DNA from: Dehalococcoidia bacterium
GTDB taxonomy: Bacteria; Chloroflexota; Dehalococcoidia; Lucifugimonadales; JADFKI01
Length of the DNA: 32,000 nucleotides
Direction: 5' to 3'
NCBI GenBank assembly: GCA_034421195.1
Contig: DAOUKP010000020.1
Span: forward strand, 145,181-177,180
Position numbers and translations under genes: made by a program. Shown here one piece after another: positions 23,477 through 31,365 of this stretch. Positions within the stretch are counted from its first letter, which is position 1; every line of letters starts with the position of its first letter. The notes under the pieces were generated by a model. That model was not told the DNA's origin. It searched no databases and saw only the letters and a program-made list of their open reading frames with translations.

Positions 23477-25054
23477 TTACGGCACCGCCTGTCCAGCAAG
23501 AATGCCAGTGCAGCGCTCGCTGTCAACCGCAACCTGTCCGTTTACCAGCACATACGGAATACCTGTCGGGAACTGGCAAGGGTCGTCGTAGGTGGCATTA
23601 TCGTTGATTCTCTCGTCATCGAACACGACGATGTCTGCGAATGCACCCTTTTCGATTCGACCCCGTCCGGTCAACCCAAAGCGTTGCGCCGCGTTATCGG
23701 TCATACGCTGCACCATCTCTTCGAGCGTGAGCATCCCGAAGCTGCGCCTCAGACGCCCAAGGAAGCGCGGGAAGCATCCGTAAGCGCGCGGGTGAGGCAT
23801 GCTGCCCACATGTATCGAGTCGCTGCCCACCATGTAGTCAGGACGCGAGAGCAACTCAACGCAGTCACGGCTTACCTGCTGCCACACTTTTACGCTGTCC
23901 GGCGGCGCGCCACGATAGCCAACCTGCAATTCTTCATCTTCAAGCAGCCACATGACTGCCTCTTCCATCGATTCGCCGCGCTCACTAGCAATATCCCGCA
24001 GGCTCATTCCTTCCAGATGACTGTTCTTAGGCAGATATGTGAAAACGGCAGAAGACAGGTCGTTCGGTCGTTCCTGCATATACTCCAGCATGCGCTGTCG
24101 CTCTTCAGGATTACGCAGCCGTTCCAACAGCGCATCCGGTCCTCCGTCATTCACATCACTCGGTAAGTAGCGTATCGGATAGCTGCTTCCGGTCGGGTAT
24201 GGGTATAGTTCCAGCGTGCAGTCCACGCCTTCGGCCTTCGCCTCGTCAATCAACCTCACCCGTTCAGCGACCTGGCCCGCGCTCTCCGGATGCGTGCGAT
24301 AGTGCGAGAAATGCACTTTGACGCCTGAACGCCTGCCGATTTCAAGCGCCTCAGGCACATCGCCTCCGCCGAACCCTCGCTCGGTATTCACATCCCGCAG
24401 GTGTGTAACGTACACGCCGCCGTACTCAGCCACGACTTTGCATAGCTCCACAAGTTCGTCAGTATCGCTCCACGCATTCGGAAAGTACGACATTCCGGTG
24501 GCAAGCCCGACAGCCCCCTGCTCCATCCCCTCTCGTATGAGCTGCTTTGCCTCATCCAGCGCGTCGCCTACGATGGGCTTGTCGTAAAACCCAACCGTCT
24601 CCAGTCGAATTGCGCCATGCGCGATACAGTAGGCGGTATTGATGGCAGTCTTCTTGTGGTAGTGCGAGCGGAACGCCGCTACGCTGCTCATGTCCAGGTC
24701 TTCCGGCGGCTCGCCTAGCAACCCTGCGAGGTAGCGGCGGTTCATGCGGTAGTTTTCAGGCGAAAGTGGTGCGTAGGAAAGCCCGTCCTGCCCCAGGATT
24801 TCGGTTGTAATGCCCTGTCGCAGCCCGTCTGCGTGCTGCGGGTCGGTCAGAAGTACGCCATCGGAATGAGCGTGCGTGTCAATGAACCCCGGCGAAACCG
24901 TAAGTCCGGTGGCATTTATAACTCGGCGAGCTTCCGCATGCGACAGATCGCCTATCTCCGCAATCGTCTCGCCTTCAACACCAACATCGGCACGATAAGC
25001 GGCAGCGCCCGTCCCGTCAACTACACTTCCGCCAAGAATAACCACGTCGAACAT
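23477..25054 (-). CDS. N-acyl-D-amino-acid deacylase (D-aminoacylase) family amidohydrolase
   Basis: The N-terminus is characteristic: MFDVVILGGSVVDGTGAAAYRADVGVEGETIAEIGDL...INATGLTVSPGFIDTHAHSD (HxH metal motif). The 525-aa length fits the family. Confidence 0.88.
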   Translation of the reverse strand: MFDVVILGGSVVDGTGAAAYRADVGVEGETIAEIGDLSHAEARRVINATGLTVSPGFIDTHAHSDGVLLTDPQHADGLRQGITTEILGQDGLSYAPLSPENYRMNRRYLAGLLGEPPEDLDMSSVAAFRSHYHKKTAINTAYCIAHGAIRLETVGFYDKPIVGDALDEAKQLIREGMEQGAVGLATGMSYFPNAWSDTDELVELCKVVAEYGGVYVTHLRDVNTERGFGGGDVPEALEIGRRSGVKVHFSHYRTHPESAGQVAERVRLIDEAKAEGVDCTLELYPYPTGSSYPIRYLPSDVNDGGPDALLERLRNPEERQRMLEYMQERPNDLSSAVFTYLPKNSHLEGMSLRDIASERGESMEEAVMWLLEDEELQVGYRGAPPDSVKVWQQVSRDCVELLSRPDYMVGSDSIHVGSMPHPRAYGCFPRFLGRLRRSFGMLTLEEMVQRMTDNAAQRFGLTGRGRIEKGAFADIVVFDDERINDNATYDDPCQFPTGIPYVLVNGQVAVDSERCTGILAGQAVP

Positions 25055-25189
25055 CGCAAGTCCCTCTCAATTAATGGAATGCCGGCAGCGCGCAGTATAT
25101 CACGCCATTAGTGCATTGACACCTTATAGTGTGGACGGTACGGTAGATGCAAGATTGACTGTCGCACACACCATGCGAGGTAATGCAAC

Positions 25190-25447
25190 ATGCTGACCGA
25201 CTACATAGCCGCAGCGATGAAGAGGGCAAAGTACGATGTCCTAGAAGGCGACGAGGGCTTCTGGGGAGAGATACCGGGCTTCCAAGGCGTCTGGGCTAAT
25301 GCCGATACTCTTGAGGAGTGTAGAGACGAACTTCAGAGTGTATTGGAGGGCTGGATAATTATTGGTTTGCAATTCGGTGATCCTCTACCTGAGATTGATG
25401 GCATTATATTTGAAACTCCCTCTAAACAGGAAGCAGAAGTTGTCTAA
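25190..25447 (+). CDS. hicB: HicB-family antitoxin (type II TA)
   Basis: 85 aa. The ...EGDEGFWGEIPGFQGVWANADTLEECRDELQSVLEGWI... stretch is the HicB/UPF0150 fold signature. GAGG lies 9 nt upstream. The stop overlaps the hicA ATG (TAATG). Confidence 0.85.
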   Translation: MLTDYIAAAMKRAKYDVLEGDEGFWGEIPGFQGVWANADTLEECRDELQSVLEGWIIIGLQFGDPLPEIDGIIFETPSKQEAEVV

Positions 25448-25665
25448 TGCCTCCTCTAGGTCCTATCGACCGAAGAAATCTCATACGCTACCTAAGGCAA
25501 CTTGGATTTCAAGGGCCATATCCTGGCGGAAATCATCAATACATGCGTAGAGAAACGCAGAAACTGGTGATTCCTAATCCTCATCGTGGTGACATTGGCA
25601 GGCGCACACTCGCAAGAATACTTCGCCAGGCCCGCGTATCTCGGGAAGAATGGGAGCGACTCTAA
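25447..25665 (+). CDS. hicA: HicA-family mRNA interferase toxin (type II TA)
   Basis: 72 aa with the pattern LIRYLRQLGF...GGNHQYMRR...LVIPNPHRGDIGRRTLARILRQARVSREEW. This matches HicA (dsRBD-like fold, with the catalytic His in G-N-H). Confidence 0.85.
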   Translation: MPPLGPIDRRNLIRYLRQLGFQGPYPGGNHQYMRRETQKLVIPNPHRGDIGRRTLARILRQARVSREEWERL

Positions 25666-28600
25666 CCTCCGTTCACCACGCGAAACATATACTCAGTTTC
25701 CGGCGACAGGTATTCCGGTCCAATGCGAGATTCCGGCTGTCCCGGCGGCGTCCACATCACCTCGAACCGCGGCGATCCCACACTCGTCTGATACTCTAAC
25801 TTTATCCGATGCCTGCCCTCCACCAATTCCACCTCTGATTTTCTGTCAGCGCGAGTGTCAATCACCGTTTCGCCATCTATATTCAACCTCATCTCGCCGT
25901 GGACTTCTCCGAATCTGAAACTGTGCAGTCCGGAATCCGGCACATTCAGAGTTCCATCCCATACCGCAACGTGCCTGCCCTCTACGACCGGGTGATACCA
26001 GAACGCGCCCCCAACTCCGGGAGTAACCTGCGCTGCGTAAGGAACGGCGTCGCCTATCTCAGCGGCATCGTCCACTGCTTCAAAGAACCGTCCCACGAGC
26101 CCAACTGGACGCACGTCGCCATGATACAGATTGCCGGCAGATATAGGCTCCAAGTCCCGCTTCTCCGAATCTTCGTCCTCGGGCGGCTGCTCATCTTCTT
26201 GTTGCGGTGGCTGTCTCCAGAGCAATCGCAGCGCCCCTTCCGTATCCTCAACACGAGTCCTGACCTCTAGCGCGTGCAATCCGACAGCCGGCACGACTTT
26301 CACTTGGGGTCGGTCTTCAGTAAGGATCACTGTTCCGTCGAGCATTACAACAGCCGGAGAGTTGCTTTCCAGCGCGAAGACGTATTCACCCGCGCGCCTT
26401 ATGTGCAGCGTCCCCGACCACTCGACATCGAACGGCGCATCCGCGTCGTCGGTTTCCAGCATCCACGCGCTTTCAGTCTCTCTCTTAACACTCTCGATGA
26501 TCTCGCCATCCGACATCGTGCGCCGTTCCACAAGTCCTTGTGCCGCCTCAAGCTGCTCCCGGCTGATGTATGCTGAGTAATACAGCACATCGCCGCCCAC
26601 AGGCGGTCTTATTTCATGGAACTCCGCGGACGGATAATACGCCTTCAGTGTGTCGTAGAACCCGGATTCTCGCGGTTCAAGGTATATCGCTGCGCCGCGC
26701 CATACCAGCGCCGGGTCGAGCGGAATGGTCGTAGGGGCTGCGATAGTCTGACGTGGATAGCGATACCCGAATAGGCTTGCCACTAGACTGTGCCTGAACT
26801 GCCGGGACACCATCGGGCTGTATCCTCTTTCGGCCTGTTCAGCCATATCGCGCGCCATCAGTGTTTCGTCCGTAGAGTATGCCGCGTAAACTTCCGGGCT
26901 ATTCGCCTGTTCGCCAAAGTAGGCGCTGATATTCGCGTATCCAATGACTACAAGCACCCCTGCTATACAAGCTGCTACCCCCACACGCAAAGCAGGAAGT
27001 CTGAAGGCGCGCGCCTTATCCCAGACAAAGCCTATAGCGACTGCGACAAGCGCAATTACGGCGGGAATCACAGTGATTGCGCGCAGGGATTGTGGCGCCT
27101 CCCAGGGGATAGTCATCACCCCCGGCATAATCATTATGAGAATCCACACCGGCAGCGACAAATGAGCTGCGCTGCGCCAACGGGCCATTGCGACAGCTAA
27201 CCCTAACAACAGCAGAATGCCGGAAACAAAATCCAGCATCGGCTCGCGCGGGATGTTGTGACGACCGTTGGGGTCTCCTTCCAGATGGAACATCCCAAGG
27301 TGCTTCGTTAGGCTTTGCAACAAGACTCTCGTCTCATCGCCGTCATCCACATGCGCGAAGATTGATGTGCGCTGGGTCCTCTTGAAGAATTCTTCTGAGT
27401 CGGTCGCGGCAAACTGCACGACTGGCAGCGTGACAATGAGGGCGAACAGAGCCATCACGCCAAAGTTCCTCAACATCTTCCTTCGTTCACCATCGGCAAA
27501 AATAAGCCTATGCAGCAAAAGGAATGCGATGACAATTACAAATAGACGGTACGCTGCATAAAACCACATGCCGAGACCGAGCATAGCTCCCGCAAGCGCA
27601 AAGTCGGCTGCTCGTCCTCTTTCGAGTGCGCGAAAGGTGAGCCAGGCAGTAAGCGCGGCGAAAAAGGGGGCAGTGATGCCGTGCATACCTATGCGGCTCC
27701 AGTTTATGTCCCATCGCATGACTGCGGCAAGGAAAGCGGCAATCAGCCCCATAGCCGTGCCGGACATGTGCCGCACCATCAAGAAGATTGCTATCACCCC
27801 GGCCACTCCGAAAGCAACCGCGACCAATCTGCCCGTCGATATGGAAATGCCCGCAAATTTAATTATGAGGGCGATGGGCAGGAGAAACAGGCTGGGCAGG
27901 TTATTCGACGGAACATAGACCGGCGTCTGAGAGGGATTTTCCGCGATTAGCCTTGCCTGATCTAAGTTGTCCGCTTCATCAAACCACAGGCCGGGCGGAA
28001 ATCCCTCAAGGTTGTAAAGCCGAAGAGTCAAGGCAAAAATCAGAATGACGCCAAGTCCGCCCCAAGGCAATAGCCTGCGTGACTCGATTGTGATTCGATA
28101 CTCGGGCTTGAATCGAGCAATGAAAGACGACCACCCCCCCTCGAATGCAGGTATTGCGCCAAGCGTCAGCAACACAGACAGCGAGAAGCTCCACCATGCC
28201 AGTGTATTCGGTGGGCCGCCGGGGAACTGATACAAGCTTAAAGCCGCAAGCATCAAGCCAACTGCAAAGAGGCACACTCCTATCCGCCGTTCCGACAGCC
28301 CAAGAATCGAGATCGGCCGAGCGGTCGCGGGCGCTTCGGTGGCCTCGCCATGCTGATACTGGGCGCTAAGCTGAGGTGCAGATGGGGAATCCACAGCATC
28401 TTGCGGCGCAGAGGCGTTTTGAACGCTAACAGGCGAGACAGAAATTTCGCCGTCGTTACGCTCATCCTGTGACGAATTCGGCGCCTGTTCAACTTCCGCG
28501 AATACGCCACGCAAGTCTGACTGGAATGAAGAGAGCGACCGGTGGGTCATCCTACCGAGCGCAACGACCAAAGAAAGCGCGCCTACCGTGAAGGGAGCGA

Positions 28601-28724
28601 CAGCCCACTGAATCCCTATCAATGCGTAGGCGAAAAGAGCAAGAGTGAACAAAATTGCGGTTGCCGAGAGCAGCACAAGGCGAATTCTTGCACGGGCATC
28701 CACATTCGAGTTAACGGCGCTCAT
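25662..28724 (-). CDS. GT-C fold (family 39/83, ArnT/PMT-like) membrane glycosyltransferase with two C-terminal PA14-like domains
   Basis: The polytopic N-terminal two-thirds carries the first-loop motif LRLYNLEGFPPGLWFDEADN. The C-terminal soluble part has two PA14-like units (FDVEWSGTLHIRRAGEYVFALESNSPAVVMLDGTVIL and VAVWDGTLNVPDSGLHSFRFGEVHGEMRLNIDGETVID). I preferred the start at ATG 28724 because ATG 28766 would overlap the upstream gene by 35 nt; the choice is uncertain. Confidence 0.82.
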   Translation of the reverse strand: MSAVNSNVDARARIRLVLLSATAILFTLALFAYALIGIQWAVAPFTVGALSLVVALGRMTHRSLSSFQSDLRGVFAEVEQAPNSSQDERNDGEISVSPVSVQNASAPQDAVDSPSAPQLSAQYQHGEATEAPATARPISILGLSERRIGVCLFAVGLMLAALSLYQFPGGPPNTLAWWSFSLSVLLTLGAIPAFEGGWSSFIARFKPEYRITIESRRLLPWGGLGVILIFALTLRLYNLEGFPPGLWFDEADNLDQARLIAENPSQTPVYVPSNNLPSLFLLPIALIIKFAGISISTGRLVAVAFGVAGVIAIFLMVRHMSGTAMGLIAAFLAAVMRWDINWSRIGMHGITAPFFAALTAWLTFRALERGRAADFALAGAMLGLGMWFYAAYRLFVIVIAFLLLHRLIFADGERRKMLRNFGVMALFALIVTLPVVQFAATDSEEFFKRTQRTSIFAHVDDGDETRVLLQSLTKHLGMFHLEGDPNGRHNIPREPMLDFVSGILLLLGLAVAMARWRSAAHLSLPVWILIMIMPGVMTIPWEAPQSLRAITVIPAVIALVAVAIGFVWDKARAFRLPALRVGVAACIAGVLVVIGYANISAYFGEQANSPEVYAAYSTDETLMARDMAEQAERGYSPMVSRQFRHSLVASLFGYRYPRQTIAAPTTIPLDPALVWRGAAIYLEPRESGFYDTLKAYYPSAEFHEIRPPVGGDVLYYSAYISREQLEAAQGLVERRTMSDGEIIESVKRETESAWMLETDDADAPFDVEWSGTLHIRRAGEYVFALESNSPAVVMLDGTVILTEDRPQVKVVPAVGLHALEVRTRVEDTEGALRLLWRQPPQQEDEQPPEDEDSEKRDLEPISAGNLYHGDVRPVGLVGRFFEAVDDAAEIGDAVPYAAQVTPGVGGAFWYHPVVEGRHVAVWDGTLNVPDSGLHSFRFGEVHGEMRLNIDGETVIDTRADRKSEVELVEGRHRIKLEYQTSVGSPRFEVMWTPPGQPESRIGPEYLSPETEYMFRVVNGG

Positions 28725-28731
28725 GAGGGAA

Positions 28732-31098
28732 TTATAATACGGTCGGCGCTTCCGTCGTGAGCACACCTTTATCGTAAAGCTCGTCTATTTCCGTACACTC
28801 GTAGCCAAGCTCCGCTAGTTTCTCCCGATTGTGTTCACCGAGTAGTGGAGTCTGTTTGCCATCGATAGCGCGCGTCTCGCCAAATAGGATACCGTTCGCA
28901 TGGTAGTGCATCTTGCCATAGACCGCGTGGCTATGCTCGACGATCATGCCGCTCGCAATCGTGTGCTCATCCTCGAAGTAACCCACGTTGTACTGTTCTG
29001 TCACATCCGCGCAGCGAACACCCGCCTCCCTCAGCCGGTGAATCCACTCATTCGCCGTCTTCATTGCAAAGGCATCAGTCAGTAGTTCCCACAATGCGTC
29101 GTCGTTCTCCGCTCGCTTCGTCACAGAAATAAATCGTGCGTCTTCAAGCAGGTCGCTTCGTCCCATTGCCGCGCACATGCTTTCCCACTCATCCTGCGAT
29201 TCCGCGATGAGGTACAGCCAGCCAGCCTTGGTCTCAAACAGCCTGTGCAGCGCGCTTAGTCCATACTGTCCGCCGTCCGCTATGGGCGGCGATGTCTTGC
29301 CATCGTATCGAAGGAAATCTTCCTCGCGCAGTACAGCGCCTGCATTCAGCAGGTTGCAGTCAACCTTCTGTCCGATCCCTGTGCGCTCCCTGGCGTAAAG
29401 AGCCATAATCGCCCCAAGCGCAACCATGCCTCCCGAAGAAAAATCGGTTGGCGCAAGCTGCGCCAGGAACACCGGCGGATTACCACGCCCCCCTTGAGCG
29501 AACTGCAAGCCCATCCAAGCCTGCGCCAACGGATCGACTCCTGGTCTGTGAGCATACGGACCTGACCAGCCGAAGGCTGTTGTATGTGCCTGAATCAGCC
29601 TCGGGTTGATCCGCTCCAGTTCCTTGCCGCTGAGTCCCATGCGATCCGTAGCGCCCGGCCTCATATTCGCCAGCAAGATGTCAGCTTCGGCCGCGATCCG
29701 CTGTGCGATCTCTTGACCTTCCGGCGTCTTGGTGTTCGCGGATACGGATCGCTTGTTGGAGTTGAGATACAGAAAGTATTGCGCTCCCGCAGGCCTGGAT
29801 ATGTCTCCGTATGGTGGCTCGAATTTGATTATGTCAGCGCCGAGATCACCTAGACACTTGCCCGCTGCAGGTCCTGCGATGACATTTGTCATTTCCATGA
29901 CTCGCACGCCATCCAACGGAGGCTTGTGGTTGCGACTTTCGACCTCAGACGGCTCAGGAAGGTCAATACTCCCGACCTCTGCCAGCACGGCATCAGTATT
30001 CTGCCCTCGCATCGGTCGAGCGCCACAAATTTCCCCAGGCGTCTCAGTGAACTTTATTGGGTTCCCCATCTGAGTAACATCGCCAACTATCGGATCATGC
30101 ATCCGCAATAGCATATCGTTGGAGATAACCTGCGGGTTGTCCATAGACTCGTGCGTCGTGCTGGCACGAGCATAAGGCACATCGGCTTCCTCGAAGATGC
30201 GCTCCCACTCAGCGCACGGCTTCGTCTTGATGACATTCGCCACAATGTCGAACAACTCGGCGCGCGCCTCTTCGCTTTCCGGTCGTCGACCATCACCGTA
30301 GCGCGGATTGGCGAGCAGTTCGGCGATGCCCATCACGGTTGCGGCTATGTCCACGAATCCGCCGTGAATGCAGCCAATCTGAATCCAGTTTCCGTCCGCG
30401 CACTCGAACACGCTGTAGAACGGCCCGCCGCCCGCAGTGGTCAGTTGGAACGGTCGCTGCTCCAGATGCTCTCCAATAACCTTCGGCGCGAACATCAGCG
30501 CACCGGCCATAACCGACGTGTCCACCTTGCGCCCACAGCCTGTTTTCTCCCTTGCGTACAGGGAGGCGGTGATACCTTGAGTCGCAAGAACCGCCGTCCC
30601 CAGATTCACGACAGGATGCACCACATGCACCGGTCCCTCTCGGAAGCCGGGCTGCGAAGCAAGAATGCCCATCCGTGACATGACCAGATGTTCATCCCCC
30701 GGTTCGTCCCGCATCGGACCTTGTTTTCCGTATGCTGTGATTGAGCAATGCACGAGACGCGGATTGATTCGGCGCAACTCATCGTAGTCCACAATCCCTT
30801 GATACCGCGATTTTGGCGCAAAGTCTTCGATAATCACATCGGCTATGACTGCCAGTTTCCTGAAAGTCGTCTGTCGAGCCACAATGTCTAAGGAGACGCT
30901 CTCCTTGCCCCGATCCCACACCATATAGACGGGCTGTGTGCGGTCGATTTCCTCGTCAGGCAGTTCGAGGCGTATTACGCGCGCGCCATTGTCGCAGAGA
31001 AACATACCGGCCAAAGCGCCAGGTCTGCGTCTCGTCAGGTCAAGTACAGTTATCCCGTCTAGTGCGCCAGACATCTTCGCCTTTTCCTCGATGGTCAT
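28732..31098 (-). CDS. Tandem-fused double family III CoA-transferase (CaiB/BaiF type), 788 aa
   Basis: There are two co-linear modules. Module 1 runs from about aa 13 to 375 (LDGITVLDLT...). Module 2 runs from about aa 395 to 788 (LDGVRVMEMTNVIAGPAAGKCLGDLGADIIKFEPP...). A Pro/Glu/Ser-rich linker joins them. An alternative start at ATG 31074 has a better SD (GAGGAAAAGG). Confidence 0.88.
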   Translation of the reverse strand: MTIEEKAKMSGALDGITVLDLTRRRPGALAGMFLCDNGARVIRLELPDEEIDRTQPVYMVWDRGKESVSLDIVARQTTFRKLAVIADVIIEDFAPKSRYQGIVDYDELRRINPRLVHCSITAYGKQGPMRDEPGDEHLVMSRMGILASQPGFREGPVHVVHPVVNLGTAVLATQGITASLYAREKTGCGRKVDTSVMAGALMFAPKVIGEHLEQRPFQLTTAGGGPFYSVFECADGNWIQIGCIHGGFVDIAATVMGIAELLANPRYGDGRRPESEEARAELFDIVANVIKTKPCAEWERIFEEADVPYARASTTHESMDNPQVISNDMLLRMHDPIVGDVTQMGNPIKFTETPGEICGARPMRGQNTDAVLAEVGSIDLPEPSEVESRNHKPPLDGVRVMEMTNVIAGPAAGKCLGDLGADIIKFEPPYGDISRPAGAQYFLYLNSNKRSVSANTKTPEGQEIAQRIAAEADILLANMRPGATDRMGLSGKELERINPRLIQAHTTAFGWSGPYAHRPGVDPLAQAWMGLQFAQGGRGNPPVFLAQLAPTDFSSGGMVALGAIMALYARERTGIGQKVDCNLLNAGAVLREEDFLRYDGKTSPPIADGGQYGLSALHRLFETKAGWLYLIAESQDEWESMCAAMGRSDLLEDARFISVTKRAENDDALWELLTDAFAMKTANEWIHRLREAGVRCADVTEQYNVGYFEDEHTIASGMIVEHSHAVYGKMHYHANGILFGETRAIDGKQTPLLGEHNREKLAELGYECTEIDELYDKGVLTTEAPTVL

Positions 31099-31239
31099 GC
31101 AATCGATACAGGAGCGGAGAGTATGCCGCTCAAACTACGCTTCCGCCAAAGATGACGCAAATTGTAACATGAGCGCGTCAATAAAACAGGCAGTTTCTAG
31201 GAGTCTATCGCTGAAGATACATTCGACACTTCGCCCAAC

Positions 31240-31268
31240 TTGACAAGCAAAGCATATCAACGGAAAAT
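31240..31268 (+). promoter_or_regulatory. Candidate promoter for the downstream alpha/beta hydrolase gene
   Basis: TTGACA (31240-31245), 17-nt spacer, GAAAAT (31263-31268), in the 267-nt divergent intergenic region. Sequence match only. Confidence 0.3.
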
Positions 31269-31305
31269 CAGGGCGAAATAGCAGCTACCAACGGAATGCC
31301 AATCT

Positions 31306-31332
31306 GTTCGTCCTGAGCGTGTCGAAGGGCGA
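31306..31332 (+). repeat. Short imperfect-palindrome repeat (R3: GTTCGTCCTGAGCGTGTCGAAGGGCGA), related in layout to the R2 family
   Basis: It shares the GTC..(C/T)TGAGC...(T/G)CGA.GG core arrangement with the R2 copies. Only one copy occurs in this window, in a 5' UTR position. Confidence 0.4.
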
Positions 31333-31365
31333 TTTTGGATAACAGACGCCCCACAGGAGAATTGA

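Noticed and set aside
22873-23607. 244-aa + strand ORF spanning TSUP paralog 1 and the deacylase 3' end
   Set aside because: It is antisense to two well-supported genes, with Ser/Thr/Ala/Pro-rich shadow-frame composition and no start context.
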